Assembly (NCBI GenBank): GCA_951406725.2
Contig: OX597815.1
Span: 115,444,001 to 115,508,000, forward strand
Length of the DNA stretch: 64,000 bases
Direction of reading: 5' to 3'
From: Octopus vulgaris
Taxonomy: Eukaryota
The notes beneath the pieces are model-generated. The model saw only the letters and a program-made list of their open reading frames with translations, made no database searches and had not been told where the DNA came from. Within the stretch, counting starts at the first letter, position 1, and each line of letters starts with the position of its first letter. Position numbers and translations under genes: made by a program. Below, piece after piece: positions 30,586 through 44,406 of the stretch.

Positions 30586-30919
30586 TATTGTCTTCTTTAT
30601 TTTTCACTGAGGATCCCTGTCAAACATCTAACATGCACATGCACACACATACACACGGTGAAGGCACATGGCCTAATGATTAGAATATAGATCTTAGACT
30701 GGAATGCTATTTGTTTGGTACCAAAATTATGTCTGTGTTTGCTCATGACTATGCAGAAATTGAAACAATAAGCAAAAGCATGGTATAAGCTACCGGGTCA
30801 TATGAGTGAGTGACAGCTAAACAATATGTATTAAAATCTAGCTGCTTCCACCCTGCTTAAAAGAGTATTTATACTTTTTCTTTTTCTTTCTTTTTTTTTT
30901 ATCTTTCAAATACTTGATG

Positions 30920-31260
30920 ACCCTGTCAGTGCAGGTACCACTTAAAAGCACCCAGTCCACACTGTAAAGTAGTTGATGTTCAGAAGGGTATTCAGCTGTA
31001 AAAACCTTGCCAAAACTGACCTCAACTGTGCTTGTACCATGTAAAAAGCACTACTCACCTCGCTTGTGCTGTGCCACTTAAAAGCACCCAGTCCACTCTG
31101 CTAAGTGGTTGGTGTTAGGAAGGGCATCTAGCTGTAAAAATCCTGCCAAAACAGTCACAGAAGTCTGGTGCAGGCTTCAGCCTGGCCATCTCTTGTGAAA
31201 CTATTCCACCCATGCTAGCATGGAAGGTAGATGTTAAATGATGATGATCATCATCATGAT
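30920..31260 (+). mobile_element. RTE-family 3' UTR copy with internal duplication
   Basis: AAAAGCACCCAGTCCAC...GAAGGG(C/T)AT..AGCTGTAAAAA occurs twice; ends GTTAAATGATGATGAT. Confidence 0.7.
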
Positions 31261-32135
31261 GTTCTTAGGGTTGTAGGTTGCCAGGATTAGTGGAGTGTGA
31301 GGCAAAGGACCTGGAAGTATTTATACTACATCCCCTTTAATTTCTGAGTTCAAATATTGTCATGGCCAACTATGCCTTTCATCTTTTGTGAGTCATTACT
31401 ATTAGTACCAGTCAAGTATTAGTTGCCACTACCCTTAAAATGTGTAAAACTATTCCTGTATTGGAAATGAATAAGTGTTTTTAATTAAATAGCTCTCTAA
31501 TGTCACACATTTATAAATGACATATTTTTATCAAACTAATGAGGGACCCTTTATGTAGTCACTCAACATTCCAGAATTAGAAACCAAATCTGTCCCTTAG
31601 CAAAATCCTACTATGGCCATTGATATAGAGAATGACATATATATATATATATATATATATATGTTCTAAATATATAGCCTTTGGGCTAAAACATTTTTAA
31701 GGATTTATATCTTATGCATACATATTTTGTTTATTTTTATCTTATTTATAAACATTGATTTGTTTGTTTGTTTCCATTTCATTTAGCATGTTTGTGTTTG
31801 CATATATACATATATATATTTTGTTGATTTATTTTATTTATTTTTAATTTTGTTTTGCTCTTATTTTCATTTTTTGTGAATTTATTCATTTAGCAGCACA
31901 AATATCCAATGCTTATTTTGACTTTTAACAAATAACTGTGTATGAAATTGCATTTTGGCTCAGTATTAACCATGTATATTTTTTATATAATACGTATATA
32001 TACATGTATGTACTTCTTTATATATATCTGTGAAGCTCTTTGTTGTAGATTTATCAAGTATTGATTTGATGCATTGCTTTTTACAGATCCCAACTGCATT
32101 GTTGTTTAGAATATATATATATATATGTATGTATG

Positions 32136-32204
<69 letters not shown>

Positions 32205-32397
32205 CATTATAGCATACTATATTTGTATTTGTTTTCATTAAGATTTCTTTTCTAGAAAGTATAAGTCTAGCTAAAATGATAAGAAATTCTCAGTACAAAA
32301 GACAGATAGCAGATATATCTCTGGAAAGTCTTTTTCACCTTTTCAACACAGAGCAATTGGTATAACTTACCAAGAGTTTTTGTTGTTGTTGTTGTTG

Positions 32398-32434
<37 letters not shown>

Positions 32435-33107
32435 GGCAGTGAGCTGGCAGAATCATTAACACACCAGATACAATACTTAGCAGTATGTTTTCCAGCTATT
32501 TATTTTCTGGATTCAAATGCTGCAGTGGCCAGCTTTGCTTTTCATCCTTTTGGTCAATAAAATAAGTACCAATCAAGTACTAAGACCAATTAAATTAACT
32601 AATCCCTTCCTATAAAATTGCTGGCTGTGTGCCAAAATTTGAAACCATTATTATAATTTTTAGGGCACAAATACTCATATTGCAAATGAGGACTCAGGCT
32701 CAGTCAATTATATTATGATGTTGTGGTTCATCAAAACTCAAACAAATTTGCATGAAGCAGATGAGTTAAAGCTGTAATTATATTATGATGTTGTGGTTCA
32801 TCAAAACTCAAACAAATTTGCATGAAGCAGACTGTGATCCTATCACCTAATTCAGGACATTATGTTCTGAACGTTAGAACCATGGTAAAGATATTTTAGC
32901 AGTTAGTCTGACTTATCTTTCTTCTCACTCCCTTTTACCTCCACAATATACACACTGGCTATCTGCTTAAAGCTTAGTCATTTGTTCTTACATTTCTATA
33001 ACCATTGTGTTTTGTCCTAAGGAAATTACATTGTTCAGAATAGGTTGCTTTACAAAAGATGTGCTAGTTAATGATCCAACCAACCCATGCAAGCATAGAG
33101 AAACCTA

Positions 33108-33852
<745 letters not shown>

Positions 33853-34588
33853 TTGCTGGCTTAATGCAGTTGGACTACTTCCAGTTTTTAGGTGTATATT
33901 GAGTAAACAATAAACAGAGTTATATTTTCAAAGAACATGGCATTAGTGAGGACTGCTATTGTTGAGAAAAATGAGTCAATTTTAATTAGACAAAGCTTTT
34001 GACATACCTGATAAATATTGTGTGTCAGATATGACATGATCTAAGTTTGAATTAAGGTAACGCCACAGCACAGTTTCCATTTCCTTTTGAAGCCATTTCA
34101 CTTCCTTTATGTTCCTAATTCCTACAATGTAGACGTGAATGCCATAATTTGTAGTTCACTTTCCTGGAAATATAGGGCCTTGGAACCTCTACAAAGGAAA
34201 CTGAGATGTGGAATGTAAGAATCAATTGATTAATCATTATAGTTGGGAGTATTTTTGAGAAGTAAACATACCATGTCAATCTATCTATTATCAAATTACC
34301 TATATCAAAATTTGTGTTTAATAAAAAAGCAGAAAATAAAAGGACATTGGAAGAACCATCTAGTACAGGTGTTTTATTTATTAATTTATTGTGCATACTT
34401 AAAAACACCAGTTCCAAAATATTATATCTTTTGGATGGTAGAATGAAGAAATGAAATTTTTAGTTCAGTTAAATTTCATGCCTTTTGAATCATTTATTAC
34501 TATTATTATCATTATAAAGAAATTATCTTTGTTGTAATACCCCCTGTTTCATTTTTGTTGTTGTTTGATTACTTCCCTCAAAATACAG

Positions 34589-34776
34589 ATGCTCGGGCAA
34601 GTGGTTCAAATGATACGACGGACCATGCAGAAAATGATATGTGGTTCCGGAGAGAGAAAAAGCTGGTTGATCAGTATGTCATCAAATCTGGAATGATGAG
34701 ATTCTCATTTTTACTAGAATGTTGTGCTCCAGGTTCTTTACCTGATCCGCAGCTTGTTGCTGCAATGTTGACTCTG
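34589..34776 (+). CDS. UNC80: UNC80 internal coding exon A (starts phase 1, ends phase 0)
   Basis: Acceptor aaatacAG at 34587-88. Encodes (D)ARASGSNDTTDHAENDMWFRREKKLVDQYVIKSGMMRFSFLLECCAPGSLPDPQLVAAMLTL, which matches the recalled UNC80 motif GMKRFQFLLNCCEPGTIPDASILAAALDL. Ends at a GC donor, CTG|GCAAGT. Confidence 0.92.
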
Positions 34777-35473
34777 GCAAGTCTTTTGCTATATTCTTCT
34801 TTTCTTAGTTTCTTTTTTTATATTACAATGTTAGTCATTGGTTAGTCATTGGTTAGTGATTGTTATGTTTATGATTTCTTGCCCACGATTTATATCCTGC
34901 ATGGTGTGCTGTGTTGTACAGATACCGAATGCTGTGTTATGTGAAATGTAATTGTGGTGAAATGATGTCAGTGTTTAATGCTAGGTTAGACCTTGTCAAA
35001 CAGATTTGTGATTAAAGAATTGGTCTAACCCTGACTGGCCCATCTTTTTGTATATCTGTGACAACAATGTGTCCTTCCTTCAAACTGATGAATGAATGTG
35101 ATTTTAAGCAACTTGAGCAATCACACAAACGGTCTTTCATTGTAGTGTTGTACAACAATGTATAATGAATGAAGTAGCATATATAGTGTAGTACAGTGTT
35201 ATGTCATGTATTTTGTAATATACAGATGTATCTTAATGTAGTGAATGGTGTGTCATGTTTAATGTAGAGCAGATCAATGGTTCTTAATCATTTTTGACTG
35301 TGGTACACTGGAAGTCAAACAAAAATTTCTTGTGCATTCTGCATTGAAACTTAAAACAAAAATTATTTATAAATTTAGGAAATTTTGCTAATCATACTTG
35401 TGTATAACAAAATTTTGAGTAATACATTTTTCATGACACCCTAATCATTAGAATAGATTTTATGAAGTCTGAA

Positions 35474-35679
35474 CCCTTTAGCATTTAAACCAGTCATATC
35501 CAGCTGAAATATGCTGCTTATTGTATGTTCAAACTGGCCAGATTTGGTCCCTCGCATATAATCTACAATGTCACCCATAAAAATAAACAATTAAATCATG
35601 AAAATCTTGAAGCTGTGAGATAATGTATGATTAATTCATGTGAATAAATAAGCCTTACATTTAACTGAATGCTAAAGGG
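35474..35679. mobile_element. piggyBac-like MITE
   Basis: CCCTTTAGCATT...AATGCTAAAGGG terminal inverted repeats with degenerate TTAA-like flanks (TGAA / TTAG). Confidence 0.6.
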
Positions 35680-35908
35680 TTAGATCATATATTTTTAAAA
35701 TCTGAGACACACTTGAGAAACACAGCTGCTGAGGAAAGAATTGATATATCATTTGAAGTGTAGTATGGTGTTGTGTCATGTGTAGTATGTAATATGTATT
35801 ATTTGAAATACATAATATAGTAATACAGTGAAATGATGGTTGAAGTAAAATATAGTGAAATATTGTGTCTCTTTTAATGAAACATCTAATTTATATTTTC
35901 TTCTCCAG

Positions 35909-36124
35909 GAAGCACCAGTGATTGCCCGAGCAACTTTGTTATTGGAATGTGCCCATTTTATACACCGTTGTAACAATGGGGATTGGCCAAATTGGATGAA
36001 ACTCAACTTACCAACATTTCGTCATTCAACTGCAGCCTTGCAAAGCAGGGGGCAACCTTCAGGTTATAGACGTAGCTTAGTCTTCCAAAGAGCAGCTGGC
36101 AAGATGTTTTATCAATGGGCAGAG
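35909..36124 (+). CDS. UNC80: UNC80 internal coding exon B (216 nt, phase 0-0)
   Basis: ttctccAG acceptor and GAG|GTGAGT donor. Encodes EAPVIARATLLLECAHFIHRCNNGDWPNWMK...AAGKMFYQWAE, matching UNC80 EAPVVARAALFLECARFVHRCNRGNWPEWMK...AAKLFYQWGD. Confidence 0.95.
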
Positions 36125-37912
36125 GTGAGTCAGAGTGAGGGAGAATTACACAACATTTGTTCTGAAAGCCATATCTTTTCTTTTTTAATACTTTAAAGGC
36201 AATTTGCTGTAACTAACCAAATAGAGTATTAATGTTTTAGCTTAGATGATATTACAAACTGAAATCCTATCATAGGTGGAAATATATTAGATTGTTGGAT
36301 ATAGCACTTAAATTTACTTGACTAATGTCCAAGTAGTTGTAACAACAAATTAATAATTTGATTTTAAACACTGCCATTCACAAACTCATACCTCTAAAAA
36401 TATTTTTTACCAAAAAAATTCCTTAAATCAAGTTCAAAATCCATCTCATAGTTGTCATTGACCTATATAGGTTTTGTAAGGGCATTCTTCACTGATTGTC
36501 TGAAGCAGATGGTATTTTTACTATAAAAAATTGAAATGATTAATATGAACCAACCTGGCTTGTATATGAAAAGTATGGATTGAAGATTGCTTGAAGTTAC
36601 ATGAACAGGTTAGGTAATTGACAAAGTTTTCAGCTGATTAGACTTTAGCATTCAACTAATACCAAGAGTATGTTAACTTATTTATTATTTCAAGAAGATT
36701 TAATGTATATGTATTTTCAGTAAAGACATCTTATACTTGTGATCAGTTAACATTACTATTCCTGACCTGATTATTAGAGATGTTTTAACTTCCTTTGTTT
36801 CATTGCTTATCTTGCAACATATAAAGAGTTGATACAAAAGACTTTGGAAATCATCAAAGTACATAGAGATTTTTCCTAAATATGACCATGATATATGTAT
36901 CTCTAGCTGTAATATCTACATCTGAATTTCATTGCTTATCTTGCAACATATAAAGAGTTGATACAAAAGACTTTGGAAATCATCAAAGTACATAGAGATT
37001 TGTCTCTATGTAGATATGTAGATATTATGGCCAGAGATACATATAGCATGGTCATACTTAGGAAGCCTGCAATATAGCCAAACTATAGCTGAACACTTGT
37101 TATGTTGGAAAACCTATGGGTTTCTGTTGGCTTGATATTGTCTTTCAGCCATTGGCCACAATGTTAGAATTGTGTTGACATTTTTGGAAGAACACTAGAG
37201 TTATTTCTTGACTAGAAGTGGCTTGATATAGATTTTTGTTTATAGAGTAGACTTAGCTACTCTTTTCTGCCAGTAACATCTCAGTGCCCTCAAACAGATG
37301 TAGATTATTGCTGTTGGAACACTTACATGTTGTGTTAATTAACTGAAGATAATTGTTACCTTCATTGAGTACAATGTTTAGTGTCTTCACTTGTAAAAAT
37401 GAATTGAAGAAGCATCCTCATCTCATAAAAAACTATGGCACAAGACATCTTAAAATATTCTGGATATTCAAGTTTTGTCATTCTTTAAAACTTTAATCCT
37501 GAATTCTTTAGATATTTATACCCTTATAAAAATATTCAATTTCATCATATTCAATGTACCTCTCTTTAGACAATCTTAAAAAGTTACTTTTTTTTTTTCA
37601 TATATGGATAATTTTGATTTTATTATTTCTAATTGTTGTTAAGGTGGCAAAGTGGCAGAATTGTTGAGACGTTGGATAAAATGCTTAGTGGTATTTCTTC
37701 CAAAGCTTTACTTACTGAGTTCAAATCTTGCTAAGATTTTCGTCCTTTCAGGGATTATAAAATAAATTAACAGTTAAATACTGGGTTCGATGTAATTGAC
37801 TTGCTCACTCCCTTCAAAATTGCTGGCCTTGTGCTAAACTTAGAATTATTTCTATCTTTTTTAATCACATTTTTTTTTATTATTGTAAATATTATAAATG
37901 CTTTATTCATAG

Positions 37913-38048
37913 ACTTTGGGAAGCCAGTTGGAATACATCATGGCTAAAGAATACACTGATAAACTAACTGTTATCGATGAAGTTACTGATGAGCTGCGTA
38001 AAAGAGAATTACGAATGGAAGATGAAAATGAAAATTTTTTAGATGAAG
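37913..38048 (+). CDS. UNC80: UNC80 internal coding exon C (136 nt, phase 0-1)
   Basis: ttcatAG acceptor and G|GTATAT donor. Encodes TLGSQLEYIMAKEYTDKLTVIDEVTDELRKRELRMEDENENFLDE, resembling UNC80 DEETKRRLRKEDEEEDFLDD. Frame-compatible with exons B and D. Confidence 0.92.
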
Positions 38049-39438
38049 GTATATACATATTGTATGAAGTATTTTATTCTGAACTGTTTCTGTTCAAAAC
38101 TGTTATTTCTTTAGTTCTTTTATAGTTTACTTTAGACATCATTACCAATTCATGCTGGAGTGCCACCTGGTTATTCAAATGAAATCAAGAAAAATAGTTT
38201 TGAAATTTCACTTGAATTCAATTTCTTTGACTGTTTTAAATTTATATTTGAAGCACTTTCTAATTTTTGTATTATTCAATTTCATCTTTCTTATGACTGA
38301 TGATTGTGATACATAATGGATATTTTGTATTTATCCTTTACTATACTATGCTGTGTAGTTAAGAAGCTCATTTTGCAACTGTGTGGTTCAGATTCAGTCC
38401 CATTGCATCCCAGCCTGGGAAAGTGTCTTCTACTATAACCTGGGCCAACCAATGTTTTGTTAGTGAATTTGGTGGAAACTGTGTGGAATATCATCATGTG
38501 TTTATCTCTGTCTATCTATCCTGCCATTTGGCAATCATGTTGGTTTGTACTTTACCTTTTAACAATCAGTTAAAACAAAATGGATTTCTCTTCATTTTGA
38601 CAATGAGTATTCAATCATTCAATCAAATATACTACCTGCTTATTGAATTACACTGTAAGTGGCTGAGTATTCCATAGGCACATGTAGGTATGTCATGAAC
38701 CTTATAACTCACAAGGCCAGATTTTAATTCAGTTTCCATTGTGTATGAGTGACTGAGATTTCAAGACTCCCTTGCTGAACAAGTGGTCAGTCTGTCTCTG
38801 AGTTAACATCCCAACTATTGTTGAAACTTATTTACAGCTGAGTGGATGGGAGCAATGTGAAATGAAGTGCTTAGCTCAAAAATACATCACTCTGCCTGGT
38901 ATATATGCTTCCATGTTTAATGCATCAACATGTTAACATTTTAAAATAGTTTGAAAACTAATTGATAATTATGTTATTATAGGTGCTTATATTGGTATTG
39001 CTTATGTAGTTAGAGAATAAATAAAAGACTAAGGTCCAAGGAGACAAATGATAGTTTATATGAAGTCCAGTCAATAAGATTTATAAAATAAGTCTAGATG
39101 TATTGTAATGTTTCAAGGAAAGACGTCCTTATTTTATATTATAAATTTCATTAACACTTGAGTAGATTTGTTCTAATTCAACTAAGTATTTGAGCAAACC
39201 TATAGATATGAAGAAACATGCTTGAAGACAATTAGAGAATGTGCTAATTGAAATATGTTGTAGAAGGACAAAAGCCAAAATTAATAATCTGGGAAACCCA
39301 TAATATTCCCACCACCACCATTGCTTATACATTATTATTATTTAAGAATTTGATTCATTTTTCTTTTCTTTTTTCCCTTCAAATAATATAATTAGAATGT
39401 GCAATGTAAGATAGATATTCACTGCTTTCTGTTTTTAG

Positions 39439-39702
39439 CTACTGTAAATTTTACTGGAGCTGAATGCCCTTATGCCTTGAAAATGGTTGCTTGCCTAGTC
39501 CTCCTGGAAATTACAACTTTTATGAGAGAAACCTATCAATATATACCTAAATCCCGCATGGGAAAGAGAGATGCTGTGTGGGAGCGAACAGCAAGTACAA
39601 CTCGAAGATGGAGTAGTGGAATTGGTAGTCCTGGACATTCAGAGAAAAGTATTGAATCAAACATAGGAGATGTTCCACAAACTATGCAATCTGGTTCAAC
39701 AA
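39439..39702 (+). CDS. UNC80: UNC80 internal coding exon D (264 nt, phase 1-1)
   Basis: gtttttAG acceptor and A|GTAAGT donor. Encodes (A)TVNFTGAECPYALKMVACLVLLEITTFMRETYQYIPKSR..., matching UNC80 TVNPSKCGCPFALKMAACQLLLEITTFLRETF. Confidence 0.95.
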
Positions 39703-40684
39703 GTAAGTATGGGCAACTTTCTGTTGATCTTTTTTACAGCCATTCATTACCTGTAATAGCATGTATTAAGTAGTTCTATAAACTGAAATATATGTATTCT
39801 TTGAGCAACTCTTTTTACAGAATTATTTGGATTTTTTTTAAATGCTAACTTTTCAATCCCTCACTTAGGGTAAGATAAATTAGTAATGTATATCTAAGAA
39901 TCCAAACCAATTCTTTTATTAACTTTTAAACTAATGACCTTGTAACTTGTACTCAGTTAATTTAAGAACATATATATTTTAATCATTATAATTTAATTGC
40001 TATTAACCCAGAAATTCTGCTCTCATTTACAATTAACATTTAAGAATCTGTGATAGAACTACATATTAACTTCTAAATGCTAGAAGAGCATGTCACTCAA
40101 TAAAAAGATGCCCATAATTAAAATGGAATATGTTGTTTAATTACCAAAATAACATAGATCTTCTCAGACATAGCTGATTAGGGACATCTGACAATGATTG
40201 ATAATTATATTTAAATATCATTATCAAATCTTGGTGTAAGGCCAGCAATTTCAAGGAAGTGGGTAAGTTAATTGCATTGGCCCAAGTGCCCAACTGGTAC
40301 TTATTTTATTAAGCCTGAAAGGATGAAAGGCAAACTCAACCTTAGCAAAAATTGAACTCAGAACATGAAAACAGATGAAATGCTGCTAAGTATTTTGTCT
40401 GGTGTACTAATGACTCTGCTAGCTCACCACTTTAAATTTATCTTTATATATTGCAATGAGAGATGATAGATTGAAAATTATTATAAATGTGTGGACCAAA
40501 ATTAGATACTGTTAAATATCCAATCTTCAGTCCTAACTTTACATCTTTAAAGTAATATTTTCATATTGACAGTTTCTTGTATTAATTTACCCAGAAAAAT
40601 TACCAAATACAAGCAAAAGCTATAATTAAAAGTGATTTAAAACTATTTAAAGAATTAAGAACTAAAACTAACAATATACTGTGA

Positions 40685-40737
<53 letters not shown>

Positions 40738-40738
<1 letters not shown>

Positions 40739-41526
40739 GACAGAAAAAAAGATGGCTGTGGATGACTAAAAGTGATTTAAAAACAGAAACAGAGGCTCTT
40801 ATCTGTGCTGCCCAAGAGCAAGAACAAAGAACAAACTAAATAAAATACAGAAAAGACAACACAGCAGAAAGAGATAAGTGCAGAATCTGTGGACAAAGTG
40901 GTGAAGCCGTATGGCATATTACCAGCCAATGTACGCCACTAGCCCAGAAGGAATATATGAGATACTATGACAATATAGCCAGGCTTGTCCATTGGACACT
41001 TTGCAACAAGTATGGACTTGACAGAACAAAAAATTGGTACGACCAGAAACCTGAAGGCATCGTCGAAAATAGAAATGCAAAGATCCTATGGGATTTTATG
41101 ATTCAGTGCAACCATAAGATAGAGAATAGGAAGCCGAGCATAGTCTTAATTGAGAAAGAAAACAAACTATGCTGGATCATAGATATAGCATGCCCAGCTG
41201 ACAACAAGGTATGCGATAAGGAAGAAAGAAAAGTTGAGAGATATGACAGGTTAGCTTGGGAAGTTAAGCAGTTGTGGTCGATGAAAAAGGTAGCAGTAGT
41301 ACCAATAAGTGTTGGAGCCCTGGGAACAGTGAGCAAAAGTCTTGAGAAGTATATGGAACAAATAGGGGCTGCAATAAGGGTGGAGCACTTGCAGAAAACA
41401 GCACTGCTTGGAACCACTCGAATACTCCGGAAGGTACTCGAAAAATAAGAGGGGTTACCTTAGTTCACTGGTAGTGAACAGCTGACACTGTAATACATCT
41501 CCTGCATTAGAAGCCATGCAATGGCA
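40738..41526 (+). mobile_element. R4/Dong-type non-LTR retrotransposon 3' fragment (CCHC knuckle and restriction-like endonuclease)
   Basis: ETEALICAAQEQ...CRICG...HI...C...AQKEY, ILWDFMIQC..RKPSIVLIEK..CWIIDIACP..VVPISVGALG. Flanked by (AAT)n on both sides. Confidence 0.85.
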
Positions 41527-41537
41527 ATAATAATAAT

Positions 41538-41594
<57 letters not shown>

Positions 41595-41609
41595 TGATGA
41601 TGATGATGC

Positions 41610-42895
41610 TCAAAATTGACTGAGTGGAATAAAATTCAAGCAGTTAATACATGGGTGATAACATCACTTCAGTATGGAGCAGGAATTATAAAATGGCAAA
41701 AGATAGTAATGAAGAAAATGGATACCAAGACCAGAAAAATGTTGGCAGTACACAGAGCCTTCCACCCTAAGAGTGACACTGAGAGGTTGTACTTGTCCAG
41801 AAGAGTGTATCAAAGCAGAGGAAAACAACCTAGGGTGGTGTATAAAAAATGCTGTGGAACCACTGCTGAAATACATGAAGAAGGCCAGCATCATCAAAAC
41901 TGAAAATTGTGTAGCTAAAGAAAAGTTTTTAAAAAAATAAACCGGAGTGGCTGTGTGGTAAGTAGGCGCAGGAGTGGCTGTGTGGTAAGTAGCTTGCTTA
42001 CCAACCACATGGTTCCAGATTCAATCCCACTGCGTGCCACCTTGGGCAAGTGTCTTCTACTGTAGCCTCGGGCTGACCAAAGCCTTGTAAGTGGATTTAG
42101 TAGACGGAAACTGAAAGAAACCCGTCGTATATATGTATATGTATATATATATGTTTGTGTGTCTGTGTTTGTCCCCCCCAACATTGCTTGACAACCGATG
42201 CTGGTGTGCTTACATTCCCGTAACTTAGTGGTTCAGCAAAAGAGACTGATAGAATATGTACTAGGCTTACAAAGAATAAGTCCTGGGGTCAATTTCCTCG
42301 ACTAAAGGTGGTGCTCCAACATGGCCTCAGTCAAATGACTGAAACAAGTAAAAGAGTAAAAAAATAAAAAGCATGGAAGGAAACGACAATGTATGGTCAG
42401 TTTGCGAGAGATGTGAATGTAAGGACAGATACAGATGACTGGCAGCTATGGATGAGGAGGAGTGACCTGAAGATAGAGACAGAAGCACTCAGGAACAAGC
42501 GTTAAGGAGCAGTTATATGAAGTGCTGAATACACAACACTACCAATAGCAACAAATGCAGAATGTGTGGTGAGAGGAGTGAAATGGTATGTCACATCATT
42601 AGCAAATGCCTGAAATTGGCACAATGTGAATACAAAAGATACCGTGGTAAGAATGATCCATTGGGAGCTTTGTGGAAATCATGGCCTACAAAGAGTAAAG
42701 ACATGGTATGAACAAACTCCAGAAGGAGTCACCAAAAATAAGAATTGCAAAATCCTGTGGGATGCAATGATTCAGTTCAATCACCTGACCAGACATCAGA
42801 AACCAGATGGTGTGGTGAATAAAAAAGGAAAGAACATGTATGATAATTGACATAGCATGCCCCCGTAACAACAGGATCAATGAAGGAAAAATAAG
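41610..42895 (+). mobile_element. Second R4/Dong-type fragment, interrupted by a SINE
   Basis: NKIQAVNTW..YGAGIIKW..DTKTRKML..HPKSDTERLYLSRR, then after the SINE: MYGQF..CRMCG..HWELC..WYEQTPEGV..ILWD. Confidence 0.8.
41965..42360 (+). mobile_element. SINE family A, inserted in the R4/Dong fragment
   Basis: Full-length copy, with a duplicated 5' 22-mer at 41944-41965. Confidence 0.85.
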
Positions 42896-44289
42896 CTGTG
42901 AGTTTTCATATAATAATAATAATAAATAAATAAATAAATAAATAAACATATACAATGGCTTGTAGGTAATATTTGCCAATACACACAAACATCAGTTATC
43001 CAAAAATCAGTTATCTGATTTTTGGTTTATCTGAACAAGATCTCAAGTTCTTTTGAATATTCTAGTAGTCATAATGTGTATAACCTGAACTTGAAAATAA
43101 TACTGGTGCTACCATTCAAATTACTTAACCTTTGAAAATGTTACATCAAAGAGGTGTTATTGCTGTTAGTGTGATGATTTCATTGTTTATAAAAGAATCA
43201 CATGTCAGTCAATCTACTAATTCAACTAACATGATGAAGAATTTAAAAGCATGGTAAACTTACTGAGATCTATTTGTTTGATTAAACTCTTCAAGGCAGG
43301 ACCCCATCATGGCCATAGTCCAATTACTGAAAGTAGTAAAAGGAGATGAAAGAAGATAGTGCTTCTAAAGCTCTAAAAATTGATATGGAATCAAATTCTA
43401 GATTTACAATTTTAGACTGATCCATAAAATAAAAATGTTTTCTTGAATCTTAACCTTATTGAGTGACATGATGTCTTGGTAGAGAGAGTTATTGGATTAC
43501 AGAGCAAAGTGTATTCTGAAGAACCTACTTTATTTATGTTTCATATTTCACTAAGTAGATTGAATTACTTTGGTAGCTATGCTGTTGTGTATGTCTGTGT
43601 CTTTGCAATAGTGTGTGTCTATATGACTATGTATGACTGTGTTTGTTTTCAAGTTACATTTGTAGTTATTGTATGCTAGTGTGAATACACATGTATTTGT
43701 ATGTATCAGTATATGTCCTTGTTTCTATGTGTGTATGACAGTCTGCAGCTAAAGCTGTTTCTTTGTGTTTGCATATGTCATGACTGAATATGTCTGCATA
43801 TAACATGCTGTTTTTTTTTTAGCTTTTCTTGAAATTATATTTCATTCAATGTTTAACATCAAATGCTTGAATTAAATGTTTTTGTTTTTTTTTATCAATT
43901 TTTATACCAATACCTTTTTTTATTTAACTCCTTTATTTTTGTGTTTTGTTTAATTTTGCACCTTATATAACTTTTTACTTTAACTTAGTTTAACTTCAAG
44001 ACAGAATTATATGTCTTACATATAGGCATGCCCTTTATATAGCTGTAAAGGGCATGCCTATATGTAAAGATGACCACAATTTTAATTAGCTTGACAGACT
44101 TGTATGTGTGTCAAAGAAAGATTGCTCAATAATTCTCTTGCATTAGACATTTAAGAAATTTGTGAATTTTGGTAATAAGATTTATGTCAAAGCTTTTTTT
44201 TACCTCTTTGAAACTTATGAGCCTTTAAAAATTTGTTGAACTTTTATGAAAATTTAAATAAAATTCTTATTTTCTTTTCCTAAATACAG

Positions 44290-44406
44290 CTGTTGGAAGC
44301 CCAACAGAGAGAAAAATAAGTTTTGCAGTCCAGGCCGAGCGATCAGATTCAATCCATAGTAGTAATACTTCACTGTCGGTTGTAGAAGGAACAGAGGAAA
44401 GAAAAG
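44290..44406 (+). CDS. UNC80: UNC80 internal coding exon E (117 nt, phase 1-1; not in the ORF track)
   Basis: Polypyrimidine tract plus tacAG acceptor, and AAG|GTAACA donor. Encodes (T)VGSPTERKISFAVQAERSDSIHSSNTSLSVVEGTEERK, matching UNC80 ERKISFAG...DSLHSSSHTL. Confidence 0.9.
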
